A DNA stretch of 31,025 nucleotides from positions 1 to 31,025 of IMG/VR virus record IMGVR_UViG_3300033067_000637; one strand, given 5' to 3'. The position numbers were made by a program, and so were the translations under genes. Below the pieces are notes generated by a model. The model was not told the DNA's origin, ran no database searches, and saw nothing but the letters and a program-made list of their open reading frames with translations. Shown here piece after piece: positions 15,275 to 26,275 of this stretch (positions are counted from its first letter, which is position 1; each line of letters begins with the position of its first letter). This DNA is from a virus (Duplodnaviria > Caudoviricetes).

Positions 15275-18022
15275 ATGTCGCGTACTAGTGGTATCACAAT
15301 CCAGAATAACTTCTCTCAGGGTTTGATCACTGAGAGTACGCCTCTTAATTTTCCGAAGAACGCATCTACGGATGCGGATAATGTTATCTTTGATTATACC
15401 GGGAGAGTAATTCGTCGTCAAGAGATTGATCTTGAGGATAATTACTCTCTTGGTTCTTCATTAACATTCACTGCTTCAGATGCGTACACTGAATTTAGAT
15501 GGCAACAGGCTAGTGATCAAGGATTCTTTTCCTTCCTTGTTCAACAAGCCGGTAACACGATCCATTTTTATGATGTGTCTTCTACCACTACCGTATCCAA
15601 TAGTAAAAATTCTAATACGATAAATCTCAATTCATATTTGGCGAGTGGCTCAACACTTGTTCCATCTTCTTGGCCTTGTCAGTACGCCCAGGGTAACGGC
15701 TCGTTGGTTATTGTTAGTCGAGCAATCAATCCTTTGTTGGTTAAGTACAATCCCGCAACAAACACAATTTCAGTAACTCCAATCACTCTTCAGTTTAGAG
15801 ATTTCGCTGGTCTCACCGATCCGTATAGTGACTCGACACGCCCGTCATTCACGTCTGTCACTACAATGAAAGCAGATACTAATGGAGTTATTCATTACTA
15901 CAATCTACTCAATCAGGGGTGGTGGCAGGGAACGATTACTGCAGGTGATCTAAGTGCTACTAGCGCTCTCGGACAATGGGATGCAGACACTACGTCTGGG
16001 TCACCAGCTGTCGGAACTATGCCGAGTAACTATGATTATGTAGGTTACTATAGAGCAAGTGCTACCGATGCTTATGATCCTCAGCGATTGATTAACTTCC
16101 AGCAGGGTAACACTCCTGCTCCTAAAGGACATTTCATACTTGATGTCGGTAATACTGATCGTAGACAAGCGGTTCTTAACAGTGGATTAACACTAGATCT
16201 TAATGGAGTTATTAATCAGTTACTTGTATACAACGTAGGTACTCTTATTGGAAATATTAGTACCAACTCGTCTCAAGCTTTCGATAACAACTACAATCCT
16301 GCTTCGTCTCTAGCGTCTCAAACATTCGCCAATGCTGCTGGAACATACAATACATATGTCGGTAAGGATCTCGGAAGTGGTAATGCAAAGAAGATAGATC
16401 ATGCTGTGTGGTATGGTTATCAACGTACTAGCGGCAATCCTTATGATGCTGGATCTTACGGCACTACTACAGGATCCACAACTGATAGTGTATTTCCTGA
16501 TATAACAATTAATCTATATGCTAGTAATTCCCTTCCTATTTCCTCTACAAACGGTACTCTACTAGGAACTGCTGTTTTTAAGCGCGGATCAAATAATTCA
16601 GTAACTATTCCTAGTAATGATAAGTCAACCTCGTATAGATATGTATGGCTTACCGCTTTTATTACTGTAACTTCTAAACCTCTAACAACTTACTCGAATG
16701 TGAACATACGCACCGCAGAATGCGAGATATGGGAGAGTGTTACTGTAGTAAATACTGCAACCTATGCAGATATCGAAACGACTTCTGAACGTCCTCAAAC
16801 TATCGCCTACTACGCGGGCAGAGCATTCTATGGTGCTATCAACACTAATTCATTCGCTACTAGTATCTTCTTTTCCCAGATAATTGAGAAAGATATTCAA
16901 TACGGATATTGCTATCAGCTTAACGACCCAACTAGTGAAGATTTCTTTGACCTTTTGGATAGTGATGGTGGTGTTATTAACATTCCAGACATGGGACAAT
17001 TACAAACACTATTCGTATATCAGACAGCATTGGTTGTCATTGCTACTAATGGTGTCTGGATTATACGTGGGTCAAGTGGTACAGGTTTTAAAGCCACAGA
17101 TTATGTAGTACGTAAGATTAGTTCTCAAGGTTCTACCTCTGCGTTGAGTGTAGTAGATATTAATGGTGTTCCTTATTGGTGGGGAGAGTCAGGACTTATG
17201 AAACTTGACTATAATCCTCAGTTTGATTCTTTCAGTATTGATTCTATTACTGATACTACAATCCGTAAGTTCTTTCTCGAAATTCCAATGCAAGCACGAT
17301 CCAGTGTTAAGGGAGATTACGATCAGTATAATCAATATGCATATTGGTTGTACAGTGATACTACTACTAGTGGTCTTCCTAACTTCAATCACATTCTAGT
17401 CTTCAATGCTAGAACAAATGGATTCTTTCCTTTCTCGACAACCGTCGGTACCAACAGTCCGAAGATTGTAGGTATTAAGTTTATTGAAGACATCCTTGGA
17501 CAAACAGTACCTCAATTAAAACTTACCACTACCATCAATATCGATAGTACGCATCAGTATTTAACGTACTCATCAATTGATCATATAACACCACACTATA
17601 TTGACTGGTATAACTACTCACATGTTGTAGTAGGTGACGCAACTCAAGAACAAGATTACGTATCTTACTTTGTAACCAATTATGAACTTGATGGCGATAC
17701 TCAGAGATTTGTCCAACCTAACTACGTTATGTTGTTCCTTGATCAGCCTTATGATAATGCTGGTGATAGGATCGAACAGTCAGCTTTTCTACGAGGAGTG
17801 TTTGACTTCGCTATCAGTGGTGACACTGGTAAATGGTCTAGCACTGCTCAGTCAAGTCAGCAAATCTTCAATGAAAATCTTCCGCTGAGATCTGTAAACT
17901 TCCGTCGTCTCAAGATCAGAGGTAAAGGAAGATGTCTTCAGTTCCGTGTACACAGCGATACCGGCAAACCTTTCAGTATCATTGGTTGGTCTGTCTGGAA
18001 GACCGCTAACGCTCAGGATTAA
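15275..18022 (+). CDS. Tail tubular protein B / nozzle with an inserted beta-sandwich domain
   Basis: N-terminal NNFSQGLITE..., beta-propeller-like segments (RPQTIAYYAGRAFY...SIFFSQ), and C-terminal KIRGKGRCLQFRVHSDTGKPFSIIGW. Confidence 0.8.
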   Translation: MSRTSGITIQNNFSQGLITESTPLNFPKNASTDADNVIFDYTGRVIRRQEIDLEDNYSLGSSLTFTASDAYTEFRWQQASDQGFFSFLVQQAGNTIHFYDVSSTTTVSNSKNSNTINLNSYLASGSTLVPSSWPCQYAQGNGSLVIVSRAINPLLVKYNPATNTISVTPITLQFRDFAGLTDPYSDSTRPSFTSVTTMKADTNGVIHYYNLLNQGWWQGTITAGDLSATSALGQWDADTTSGSPAVGTMPSNYDYVGYYRASATDAYDPQRLINFQQGNTPAPKGHFILDVGNTDRRQAVLNSGLTLDLNGVINQLLVYNVGTLIGNISTNSSQAFDNNYNPASSLASQTFANAAGTYNTYVGKDLGSGNAKKIDHAVWYGYQRTSGNPYDAGSYGTTTGSTTDSVFPDITINLYASNSLPISSTNGTLLGTAVFKRGSNNSVTIPSNDKSTSYRYVWLTAFITVTSKPLTTYSNVNIRTAECEIWESVTVVNTATYADIETTSERPQTIAYYAGRAFYGAINTNSFATSIFFSQIIEKDIQYGYCYQLNDPTSEDFFDLLDSDGGVINIPDMGQLQTLFVYQTALVVIATNGVWIIRGSSGTGFKATDYVVRKISSQGSTSALSVVDINGVPYWWGESGLMKLDYNPQFDSFSIDSITDTTIRKFFLEIPMQARSSVKGDYDQYNQYAYWLYSDTTTSGLPNFNHILVFNARTNGFFPFSTTVGTNSPKIVGIKFIEDILGQTVPQLKLTTTINIDSTHQYLTYSSIDHITPHYIDWYNYSHVVVGDATQEQDYVSYFVTNYELDGDTQRFVQPNYVMLFLDQPYDNAGDRIEQSAFLRGVFDFAISGDTGKWSSTAQSSQQIFNENLPLRSVNFRRLKIRGKGRCLQFRVHSDTGKPFSIIGWSVWKTANAQD

Positions 18023-18027
18023 TAAAC

Positions 18028-18567
18028 GTGGATCCAATCACCATAATTGGTATGGCAATTACTGCTGGTGGCTTTATTGATAGTCTCTTTGGAGATAGTA
18101 AAGCTAAAGCGCTTGCGCAACAACAGAATAAAATTGCTTCACAAATTTCTGCTAATTCTAAGGAACAGAATAATCTTAGGAAGGAAGCAGCAACTAATGA
18201 TTACATGACGGCGATGAGACAAAGTATTCGAGCTTCTCAAGTTGCTCGAGCTACTGCTCTTTCTAATGCCACAAGTCAAGGTGCATCTTATGGGTCTAGT
18301 CTTCAGGGCGGTTATGGTCAAATTCTTGGTAAAGCGGGTGAAATACAAGCTGGGTTATCTGGTGATTACACAGCGGGTCAACAGATATTTGACCTCGATA
18401 ATACGAATGCTGATCTCCAGACAAAGTACAATAAACTGGGTGGAAAGATCCAACTTGCTCAAAGCCAGGGTGATAACCTAATGAAACTTGGACAGACATT
18501 AATGGGTAATGCACCTCAGATCAATAACTCAATGTCCGGTATCAAGAACGTCTTTTCAGGAACCTAA
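18028..18567 (+). CDS. Small internal virion (ejection) protein, T7 gp14-like position
   Basis: MDPITIIGMAITAGG hydrophobic start and an A/Q/G-rich helical body. Follows the nozzle gene. Confidence 0.7.
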   Translation: MDPITIIGMAITAGGFIDSLFGDSKAKALAQQQNKIASQISANSKEQNNLRKEAATNDYMTAMRQSIRASQVARATALSNATSQGASYGSSLQGGYGQILGKAGEIQAGLSGDYTAGQQIFDLDNTNADLQTKYNKLGGKIQLAQSQGDNLMKLGQTLMGNAPQINNSMSGIKNVFSGT

Positions 18568-18570
18568 TAC

Positions 18571-21500
18571 GTGGATAATACCGCATTCAATAGAGTTGCT
18601 ATCCCGGATGATGAGCAGGGAGTACAGCCGTTCTTCAACGAAGATACGATTCCTACTGTCGATGCTGAAATTCCTAAGGTCCCTGAGAATACTGCCAAGG
18701 ATCTTGCAGACAGATATCACTTTGCACTAGACGAGAACTCTCCCGGTAGAGACGCAATCTACGACACTATCTCCAGTGGTCGTGAACAGCGTCTACGCCA
18801 GGAGCAGGCTCAGACACAGTACATGAGAGATCTTCAATCTCCTCAGCAATCAGCTCAAGAATTCCTTGACAATAAGGGAGATCAGCCTTTCACTGAGAAA
18901 GAGATTAAGTATCTCTATGATCTTGGACAACAGTCTTCTTTCCCAGATAGCATTGATCCTTCAGTCTTCTTCGAACAGAAGTATGCTGACCAGGTCTTAA
19001 GAACTCTCACAGCATTTGATGATGACGATAGTAGGCCGTATATAGCACGAAGCGCATTCGATGCTATGATGCAGCCTAATCGTTACTTCGAAAGTGATAC
19101 CATTCCTGAACCTGATGAACGTCAGGGAATGATGATCAACCAAGACTTCGTCACTAGACGAATGCTCTACGGTCGTGTTGCTCAGGATGTTATTGATAAG
19201 TACGAGCAGGAAGGATACGGCACAGCTTTCTACAATCGTGCAAAGCAGCTCATTCCTTTCTACAATTGGTACCATACTCAAGATGCTTTGACACCTTCCC
19301 CACTTGCTTTAAATGGTGGATTTAAAGATCAGATCAATACTCTTTATGATCCTACAAAAGTAGGTACTCGTGAAGGTACAGAGATTCTTAGAGCTGGTCT
19401 TGAGAAAGCTTACGCCACTAATCCTTCGATGGCGCATGATCTTGCTCAGAAGTTTCTGTCTTACAGTGATGCAGATCAACTTGTAGATACTATGTTTACT
19501 GTGCTTGATGCAGTCAATGCTGGTGAAGGAGCCAAGGCTTTGCTTCGTCCAGCAATGAAAGCTGCAACACAGACAGCATCAATTCCTGGCATTCTCGATC
19601 TCAGCGGACAGCATGCTGATGCTGCTATGCGTGAGGTTGTTACTCAAGCCTTGAGCTTAGCTGAACGTCAAGGTGGTAAGACCGCTAGACAATCTCTTGA
19701 CAATCTTTTTGGTGTTGTCCCTGATCTTACCAATCCTAACGCCATTCTAAAGGATGCTCAGAACACTCGTTTTACAGCTGGTGAAGTCTCTAACTTTGGA
19801 GACATGCTTAAGAACTATGGTACTGGTCTAATTAAATCAACAGCAATTGATCCTCTTAACGTTGCTCGCATTCCTCCTGGCAGTGAAGCTTGGAAGACTA
19901 TGCTTGAAGTAGCACAGGATACAGCTGCTCGAGTTTATCCTAAGACAAATCAGAACATACTCAGTGTAGAACCTCTTCGTTCTGCAAGCGATACGTTGTC
20001 TAATCTTGATCGTATTGCTGTAAACATTGGTGGTCCTGGAGCCCAGCCTTTTGCCACAATCACACAGGCTAAACAGGCAGCTCGTAGATATGGATTGACT
20101 GAGTACGAAATCGTACGTCATGGTAATACCGTACATGATATGGATTTCGGAGCAACTTCTGACTTTGCACTACGTGTCTTTATTCCTGTTGATGAAACGC
20201 ATACTAGTGTCGCAAAGGCTTTACAGAAGCACGTACAGGCAGAAGCTACACCTAATACTATTCAGTCTCAGGTTGTCAACTTCTTCCGAGCAGCAGATAA
20301 GTTTCTTCCCACAGACATCAACCAAGAAGTTAAAGCCACAGCTGGTGGAGCAAATAAGCTTACCAGTCTTAGCCGCAACATTCTTAACAAAGAGTTCACT
20401 AATCTTGGTCGTAAACCAAGTCAAGAACTTGATGACTTCCTGGTTCATCAGCAAGACAATAAAGTCTTCTCAAATACCATTGGTAACTTCGAGCATGACT
20501 GGTATCAGTTCCATCAGAAGTATCCTTCCATCGAGCAGGCTCAGTCCTACTTTGCAATGAAAGCTGTCAATGGTGCTGAGTACGTAACCAATAACCTTGG
20601 TGGTCTCGGCACTAAAGGACGTGAAGGTCTCATGCAATTCCAACCGGCACTTAAGGGTTGGAAAGGTGAAGCACTACCTTGGGTAGAGTCCAGGAGCGTA
20701 GCAAACATTCCTTGGGAGCACGGAGATGATGCTGGTGTGGTCATGTGGCCCAACCAACAAGGTAAAAACTTTGAGTATTTCCGTCGCGTATTTTCCACAA
20801 AAGCACAAAGAACATCAGTAGATGATCTTGTCAAGAATGATGGTTATCGTATCCTTAACGTCAGCAAGTATGGACAAGATGCTCTTAGGCAATGGGCTTC
20901 AGACAATGCTCTGAAAGAATTCCCTAAAGGACGTATCGACTATATTGTTGTCAAGGACATGAAAGCTAAGAACCTTGACTTCCAGCAGATGCCTTTCCAA
21001 GATGGTGGTCACTACAGATATCGTGATCCTTACTTTGTCGGGCAGCCTCATGTTGTAAATAGTAAGTTCCCTGGTGGTGAAGTCTCTAACGATTATCTTG
21101 GAGATAAGAACTGGTTTAGTGCTCGTACTGAGAGAGAAGCAAAGGAGATGCTCAAACATGCTGAGCAGGCTCGTAAGCTTGCGTTCGAAGTACAGGATCT
21201 ACCAGCTGCCAGGCTGTATGTAGCTAACAATCTTCCTATGTCTTGGAAGGATTTCCGTCGTGCGTTCAACCCGAAGTTCGGCAACCTTGATCCCAAGATT
21301 GCGCTTAACTGGCATCCGCAAAATCAAACAATTGAAGAGACTCATAAGATTAGCGCCGGTTTTACCAACTTCTCGGATTACGGTAAGTCGATCCACAATC
21401 CATTAAGTGATAATGTCTTGTTCCGTTATGGACAAGAGAAAGGTGAACGTCTCTCTGGTATTTATAATATCGGTGATGAACGTAATCCTATCTGGAAGAT

Positions 21501-23502
21501 GGAACCTAGCAGACTACTTGATCCGTATAATGCAGTACGTCGAGCAACAAACACCATCATGGCAAGTCGCTTTACAGATGACTTGAAGATTGGTGCTGCC
21601 AGCCGTTACGTTCAAGAGTTCAATTCTGTTCTTCGTAAACCCTATGATGAACTAGAACGTTTTCCAGTTAGAGCACTCTATGATTCGAATCTGATTGACA
21701 AGACACATACTAATAAGGAACTAGTCGCTAAGGCTCAGAACTATCGTCGTGCAGTGATGGAATTCCTGAACGATGAACCGAGAGACGTTACTAAGGGTAA
21801 CTGGGTTAAAGAACAAGCACTCGCTAGGATCAGTGGCTTCTCTTCACAAGAGACTGCTACGAACTGGCTTGACAAGTTGATGACTACAGATTCTAAAGCA
21901 TTCCTTCGTTACTGGGCAGGCTTTGTTCCTAGGATGGGTGTCTGGAACCCTAAGCAGCTCTTCATGCAGGGCCAGGGTATGGCTGTTACAGCTAGTATTG
22001 AAGGCTGGGCTAATACTGCTAAGGCTGCAGGAGCTGGATGGTACATGCGTGCAGCGATGCTTAACGGTGACAAAGGAGTCATTGATGAGCTTACTCGCTC
22101 TGCTCTTAAGTACTATGGCTGGAAGCCGAGACACTTCAGAGAATCTATGGAAGGTCTCCAGAGGACAGACTTCTGGAGAGTTGGTGACAACTGGGCTGAT
22201 GTCAATGATATTCGTTCAGCTGATTCAATCAGCACCATGCGTAACATCGCAGACAGTTCTCTTGTCTTCTTCAACAAAGGTGAACGAGCCAACAAGATTA
22301 CTGCTTGGAATGCATCGTACATGAAATGGAGACGAGAGAATCCTCTTGCTCTGTGGAATGATGCTTCTATGAAGAAGGTTCATAGCTACGCTGACTTCCT
22401 CACGATGAACATGACTAGAGCCTCAGCAGCAGCCAACCAGGCTGGTGGTGAAGGTCTCAAGGGATGGGCATCTCTTACTACACAGTTCTGGTCTTATCAG
22501 TCTCGTCTGATGGACGCTATGTTGGGTAAAGAACTCTCAGCAACTCAGAAGCTCAAGTTCCTTACTTATCAGTCTATGCTGTACGGGGTGCCGATTGGTG
22601 TTCTAGGAAACACCACTGGTGTCTTCTGGCAGCCCTCTCAGGCCATCCGTAAGCTTGCTGACTATGAAGGCTGGGACCTCAGTAACCCTGTCGTACAGGG
22701 TATCCTGAATGGTATCCCCCAGACCCTGATTAACGTGGCTACCGGAGCAGACCAGAATTTAGCCCAGACTTTAGGACCTGCAGGACAGTCCGTTATCCCA
22801 GATATCATAGGAAGCTCAAAATTGGCTCCTGACTGGCTTAAGACGACTACTGGGGCCTGGGGTAGGGAGGATAAATCAGACCTGCTGACGGTCCTCCTAG
22901 GGGCTTCTGGAAGCTCTATAAAGACAGCTATGGATAACTCCTCACCTCTGGTAGGGGTTCTTTTGAACCACATGATCCCTGGGGCAGGTAATCCCTATAC
23001 GGTCCATGACTTTGCTGGGCTCCTTAAAACCACCAGTTTGACCAACAACGCTCAGCGTGCTTGGTTTGCCTACAACGTAGGTACGTACTTTACCAACTCT
23101 GGACAACAGGTTCTGCCTGACAATAGTCTGGGTGGTACAGATGCGGCTATGCAACTTGTCTTTGGTACTATGCCTCAGAAAGCTGCAGACTGGTATGGTG
23201 ATATTGAGAACGACAAAGCTAGACAACAACTACAGTCTATGGCTAAACAGGAAGCAGTGAATGCGTACAAGCGTTCTATGAACCCTACTTTGTCTGCTGA
23301 GGATGCACTTGAGGAAGTAAATACTGCTCACAAGTGGATCGAGGCTGGTGGCTTCAGTGTAATGCAGAGACCGAATATCCTTAAAGAAGCGTTTGGTCCT
23401 AAGCTTAGTGAAGTAGAACAACTCGAGAGAAAGATTAACTTGGGCTCGCATGAGTCATTCATGCGCTGGCTCGATACTGCCAATGAAGGACAACACAACT
23501 AA
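18571..23502 (+). CDS. Large internal virion (ejection/core) protein, 1643 aa
   Basis: Size, helical composition and position after the small ejection protein. No enzymatic motif recognised. Confidence 0.7.
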   Translation: MDNTAFNRVAIPDDEQGVQPFFNEDTIPTVDAEIPKVPENTAKDLADRYHFALDENSPGRDAIYDTISSGREQRLRQEQAQTQYMRDLQSPQQSAQEFLDNKGDQPFTEKEIKYLYDLGQQSSFPDSIDPSVFFEQKYADQVLRTLTAFDDDDSRPYIARSAFDAMMQPNRYFESDTIPEPDERQGMMINQDFVTRRMLYGRVAQDVIDKYEQEGYGTAFYNRAKQLIPFYNWYHTQDALTPSPLALNGGFKDQINTLYDPTKVGTREGTEILRAGLEKAYATNPSMAHDLAQKFLSYSDADQLVDTMFTVLDAVNAGEGAKALLRPAMKAATQTASIPGILDLSGQHADAAMREVVTQALSLAERQGGKTARQSLDNLFGVVPDLTNPNAILKDAQNTRFTAGEVSNFGDMLKNYGTGLIKSTAIDPLNVARIPPGSEAWKTMLEVAQDTAARVYPKTNQNILSVEPLRSASDTLSNLDRIAVNIGGPGAQPFATITQAKQAARRYGLTEYEIVRHGNTVHDMDFGATSDFALRVFIPVDETHTSVAKALQKHVQAEATPNTIQSQVVNFFRAADKFLPTDINQEVKATAGGANKLTSLSRNILNKEFTNLGRKPSQELDDFLVHQQDNKVFSNTIGNFEHDWYQFHQKYPSIEQAQSYFAMKAVNGAEYVTNNLGGLGTKGREGLMQFQPALKGWKGEALPWVESRSVANIPWEHGDDAGVVMWPNQQGKNFEYFRRVFSTKAQRTSVDDLVKNDGYRILNVSKYGQDALRQWASDNALKEFPKGRIDYIVVKDMKAKNLDFQQMPFQDGGHYRYRDPYFVGQPHVVNSKFPGGEVSNDYLGDKNWFSARTEREAKEMLKHAEQARKLAFEVQDLPAARLYVANNLPMSWKDFRRAFNPKFGNLDPKIALNWHPQNQTIEETHKISAGFTNFSDYGKSIHNPLSDNVLFRYGQEKGERLSGIYNIGDERNPIWKMEPSRLLDPYNAVRRATNTIMASRFTDDLKIGAASRYVQEFNSVLRKPYDELERFPVRALYDSNLIDKTHTNKELVAKAQNYRRAVMEFLNDEPRDVTKGNWVKEQALARISGFSSQETATNWLDKLMTTDSKAFLRYWAGFVPRMGVWNPKQLFMQGQGMAVTASIEGWANTAKAAGAGWYMRAAMLNGDKGVIDELTRSALKYYGWKPRHFRESMEGLQRTDFWRVGDNWADVNDIRSADSISTMRNIADSSLVFFNKGERANKITAWNASYMKWRRENPLALWNDASMKKVHSYADFLTMNMTRASAAANQAGGEGLKGWASLTTQFWSYQSRLMDAMLGKELSATQKLKFLTYQSMLYGVPIGVLGNTTGVFWQPSQAIRKLADYEGWDLSNPVVQGILNGIPQTLINVATGADQNLAQTLGPAGQSVIPDIIGSSKLAPDWLKTTTGAWGREDKSDLLTVLLGASGSSIKTAMDNSSPLVGVLLNHMIPGAGNPYTVHDFAGLLKTTSLTNNAQRAWFAYNVGTYFTNSGQQVLPDNSLGGTDAAMQLVFGTMPQKAADWYGDIENDKARQQLQSMAKQEAVNAYKRSMNPTLSAEDALEEVNTAHKWIEAGGFSVMQRPNILKEAFGPKLSEVEQLERKINLGSHESFMRWLDTANEGQHN

Positions 23503-26270
23503 TGGCTGCGCTTAACCCAGACGTCCAACAGACCAAGGACCCTAACTTTATCAGTAATAGTTCTGAACAACCCAAATCTGCTCAGTACAATGCTGCTGCA
23601 GATGTCTCCACTGCTGATATCGTCATGAACAATCTTACCAATGTAATTCCTGCATTGGCTGAAGGTGGTGATCGATTAACAAAGCTAGCCATTGACAATA
23701 GCATCTATGACCAGAACGACAAACTCAATAGAGAGTTTGGCGCTACTGATATGATTGCTCTGAATGATGCTAAAGTTCCTGCAATTCCCAGCTCTCTTGA
23801 AGATAGTGCAAAGAACCTTCAAAGAGTTAATCAGGCATACCAGACTGGAGCGATCAGCAAGACAACCTTTGATATTAAGGTTGCAAGCATGGCTTCAGAT
23901 CTTCGTGCCCAGTATGGGTCTCCGTACCTAAGAGACTACATCGATAAGAAGGTACAGGATGTAACTGGTGTTGATCCTCAGAACCAAGTACGTAGAGATA
24001 TTTTCTCAGCAGTAGAGAAGAATAAAGATTCTGCTCTTGAAGAGAATAAGAAGAAGATTAGTCTTGCTACTGACTTAGCTAAAGATGGTGTCTCAGTTCC
24101 TGGTTGGGAGAACATGTCTCTCACGGAACTGATCAACAATACTGCAGTGTCTCAGAAATATCTTGATCAGCACAAACGCTTTCAAGCAGCTTCTGACGAT
24201 GACAAAACCAAGCAAACGCTTGCTGATGAAGATCATATTCGTGCTGCTCAAGGCGGCTTGACTGGGCTTGTCGTTCAGAACTTCAGCAACATCCACAGTA
24301 ATCTTGGCAAGACTAAAGCTGAAATTGACAGTATGATTGGTCAGATGACTACCATGACTGGCGAGAAGAAAGCCTTACTTGTCGCTAAGACTAATCAGTG
24401 GGCAGATCAGGTTATGGCTACAGCCAGAGCTTGGGTTGTTAAGAACTATACTGCAGGTAATCTTACTAAAGAGAAGTCTGATCAGATCCTTCAACCTACA
24501 CAAATGCTTCTTGATAATTATCGTCAAGCAGTTGTGAGTGGTAATTCTGAATACTTAAAAGATATTACTGATCGTCTTCAGGCAATGAAGACCAATGATG
24601 ATATCAAGTTTATGGATGTACCTGGTGTCCGTGCAGCTGGTTCAGCCAATCGAGTTCTAGGTAACCTTGCTGGTGCAGCTGCTATGGAAAGCTGGCTGCC
24701 TCAGATTACCAAGGCTGCGGATCGTATCTTTGCTAGAGATGAATTGTATCAGGTCTATGGTACCAATAACGGCATTAGTTTGTCTGATTCCTATCAGCAT
24801 ATGAAAGACAAGGGTGTTAAGGATCAGAAAGCTTTCACGAGCTTGACTGGTACTTCAGGTGCTATGTTGGACAATCCTCAAGCAACTCCTGAGGAAGTAG
24901 AGAAATCTGTACGCTTCCTTTATGGAGCAGATAACTATCAGTTTATTGCTCGTCTTCCTGACAATCAAAAAGCACAAGCATATGCTACTCTGTATTCTCC
25001 TCAGCGTACTAAGAGCATGGAACGTATTAGAGACTCTGGAGACATCAATAGCTGGAATGCGTATGTGACTTCATCCAAACGTATGTTTGGTCCTACGTTC
25101 CGTCAATCTGCTATGTCTATGCAGCAGAACTCAATTGATCCTAATTCCTACCGCGTGTCTTATAATGCTGATACACATCAGTTCCAGTTTGATCCTACAC
25201 TAGACAAGTTTAATCCCAGAGGTAATCCAGTTGCTGTTCCGTCTCATCCTGAGATTGAGCAGATCAACCAAGGTTTGAAAGCTATTGCTCCAGTGCTTAA
25301 AGCAAATGGGCAGAGCGTTGAAGAGTATCTTCAGAGACAATTCGAAGAGTCCGGTATGACTGGACCTCCGGGTGGCTGGAGACAATCTGATAATGCTTGG
25401 AACCAGATTGGCGGAGCATTCTTTGATACAGCTGCTGCAGTTAAGATGCAGAGCGGAGCAAGTAAGCTTGGTGGTCCTGACACAGGTGGTCAGGGACAAA
25501 GCCCTGAAGGCAATCCTAATGACCGTCAAGTAAGCGGTGAGGATGAAGCTAGTAGACGTGCTCAGCTTAAAGATCTTACTGATGCCTTCAACAAGACTGA
25601 AGATCCTGAAGTAAGAGCTATGCTCAAGCAAGAGATGAAGAGTCTCCAGAAAGGTCCTGAGCCTTCTCCTACCTTTGGTGGTCCTAACCCCAGAGGCGCT
25701 CCTAATGCTGGAACTCCTACGGACGAACAGCAGATGCAGGGCAGAGATGCTATTGACATGCTGACTGGCATTCCTTCCTTTATGGAAGCTGTCCAGAAAG
25801 GTGATGCTGCTGGAGCTGCATTAGCTGCTGCGACTATCCTTCCCTTCCCTGCTGGCAAAGCAGCTAAGGCTGGTGAGAAGCTTGCTGAAGGCGGGGCTAA
25901 GATCATCGACAACGTAACTAGAGAAGCTCGTGGCGTTGAAAAAGGTATGGCCGCACAGTCTGCAAGAGAAGCTTCTGTAGTCAAAGAACTGCAGAGCATC
26001 GATGTCTCTAAGCTGAGTGATGAAGGACTACAGGCTGTCGAAGATCAGCTTCGTACAAGTCTCTCCATCAAGAGTTTGTCAGGTGATCAGTTGAATGTGA
26101 TCTTCAATAAGATCAAAGAGATTAGTAATGAAACATATCGTAGATCTCCGTTAAGCGCGGAAGACGAGATGTTCAGACTTAATGCACAGAAGACAGCAGA
26201 CGCTATGGATGCTGAAGCTAAGTTGAAGAAGAATAAAGGTTTAAGAATTATCGAAGGTGATAAGGAATAA
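23502..26270 (+). CDS. Internal virion protein, 922 aa, with C-terminal linker and appended domain
   Basis: TAATG coupling to the previous gene. A/Q/K-rich helical body, P/G-rich linkers and a distinct C-terminal module. Confidence 0.65.
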   Translation: MAALNPDVQQTKDPNFISNSSEQPKSAQYNAAADVSTADIVMNNLTNVIPALAEGGDRLTKLAIDNSIYDQNDKLNREFGATDMIALNDAKVPAIPSSLEDSAKNLQRVNQAYQTGAISKTTFDIKVASMASDLRAQYGSPYLRDYIDKKVQDVTGVDPQNQVRRDIFSAVEKNKDSALEENKKKISLATDLAKDGVSVPGWENMSLTELINNTAVSQKYLDQHKRFQAASDDDKTKQTLADEDHIRAAQGGLTGLVVQNFSNIHSNLGKTKAEIDSMIGQMTTMTGEKKALLVAKTNQWADQVMATARAWVVKNYTAGNLTKEKSDQILQPTQMLLDNYRQAVVSGNSEYLKDITDRLQAMKTNDDIKFMDVPGVRAAGSANRVLGNLAGAAAMESWLPQITKAADRIFARDELYQVYGTNNGISLSDSYQHMKDKGVKDQKAFTSLTGTSGAMLDNPQATPEEVEKSVRFLYGADNYQFIARLPDNQKAQAYATLYSPQRTKSMERIRDSGDINSWNAYVTSSKRMFGPTFRQSAMSMQQNSIDPNSYRVSYNADTHQFQFDPTLDKFNPRGNPVAVPSHPEIEQINQGLKAIAPVLKANGQSVEEYLQRQFEESGMTGPPGGWRQSDNAWNQIGGAFFDTAAAVKMQSGASKLGGPDTGGQGQSPEGNPNDRQVSGEDEASRRAQLKDLTDAFNKTEDPEVRAMLKQEMKSLQKGPEPSPTFGGPNPRGAPNAGTPTDEQQMQGRDAIDMLTGIPSFMEAVQKGDAAGAALAAATILPFPAGKAAKAGEKLAEGGAKIIDNVTREARGVEKGMAAQSAREASVVKELQSIDVSKLSDEGLQAVEDQLRTSLSIKSLSGDQLNVIFNKIKEISNETYRRSPLSAEDEMFRLNAQKTADAMDAEAKLKKNKGLRIIEGDKE

Positions 26271-26275
26271 TACCA

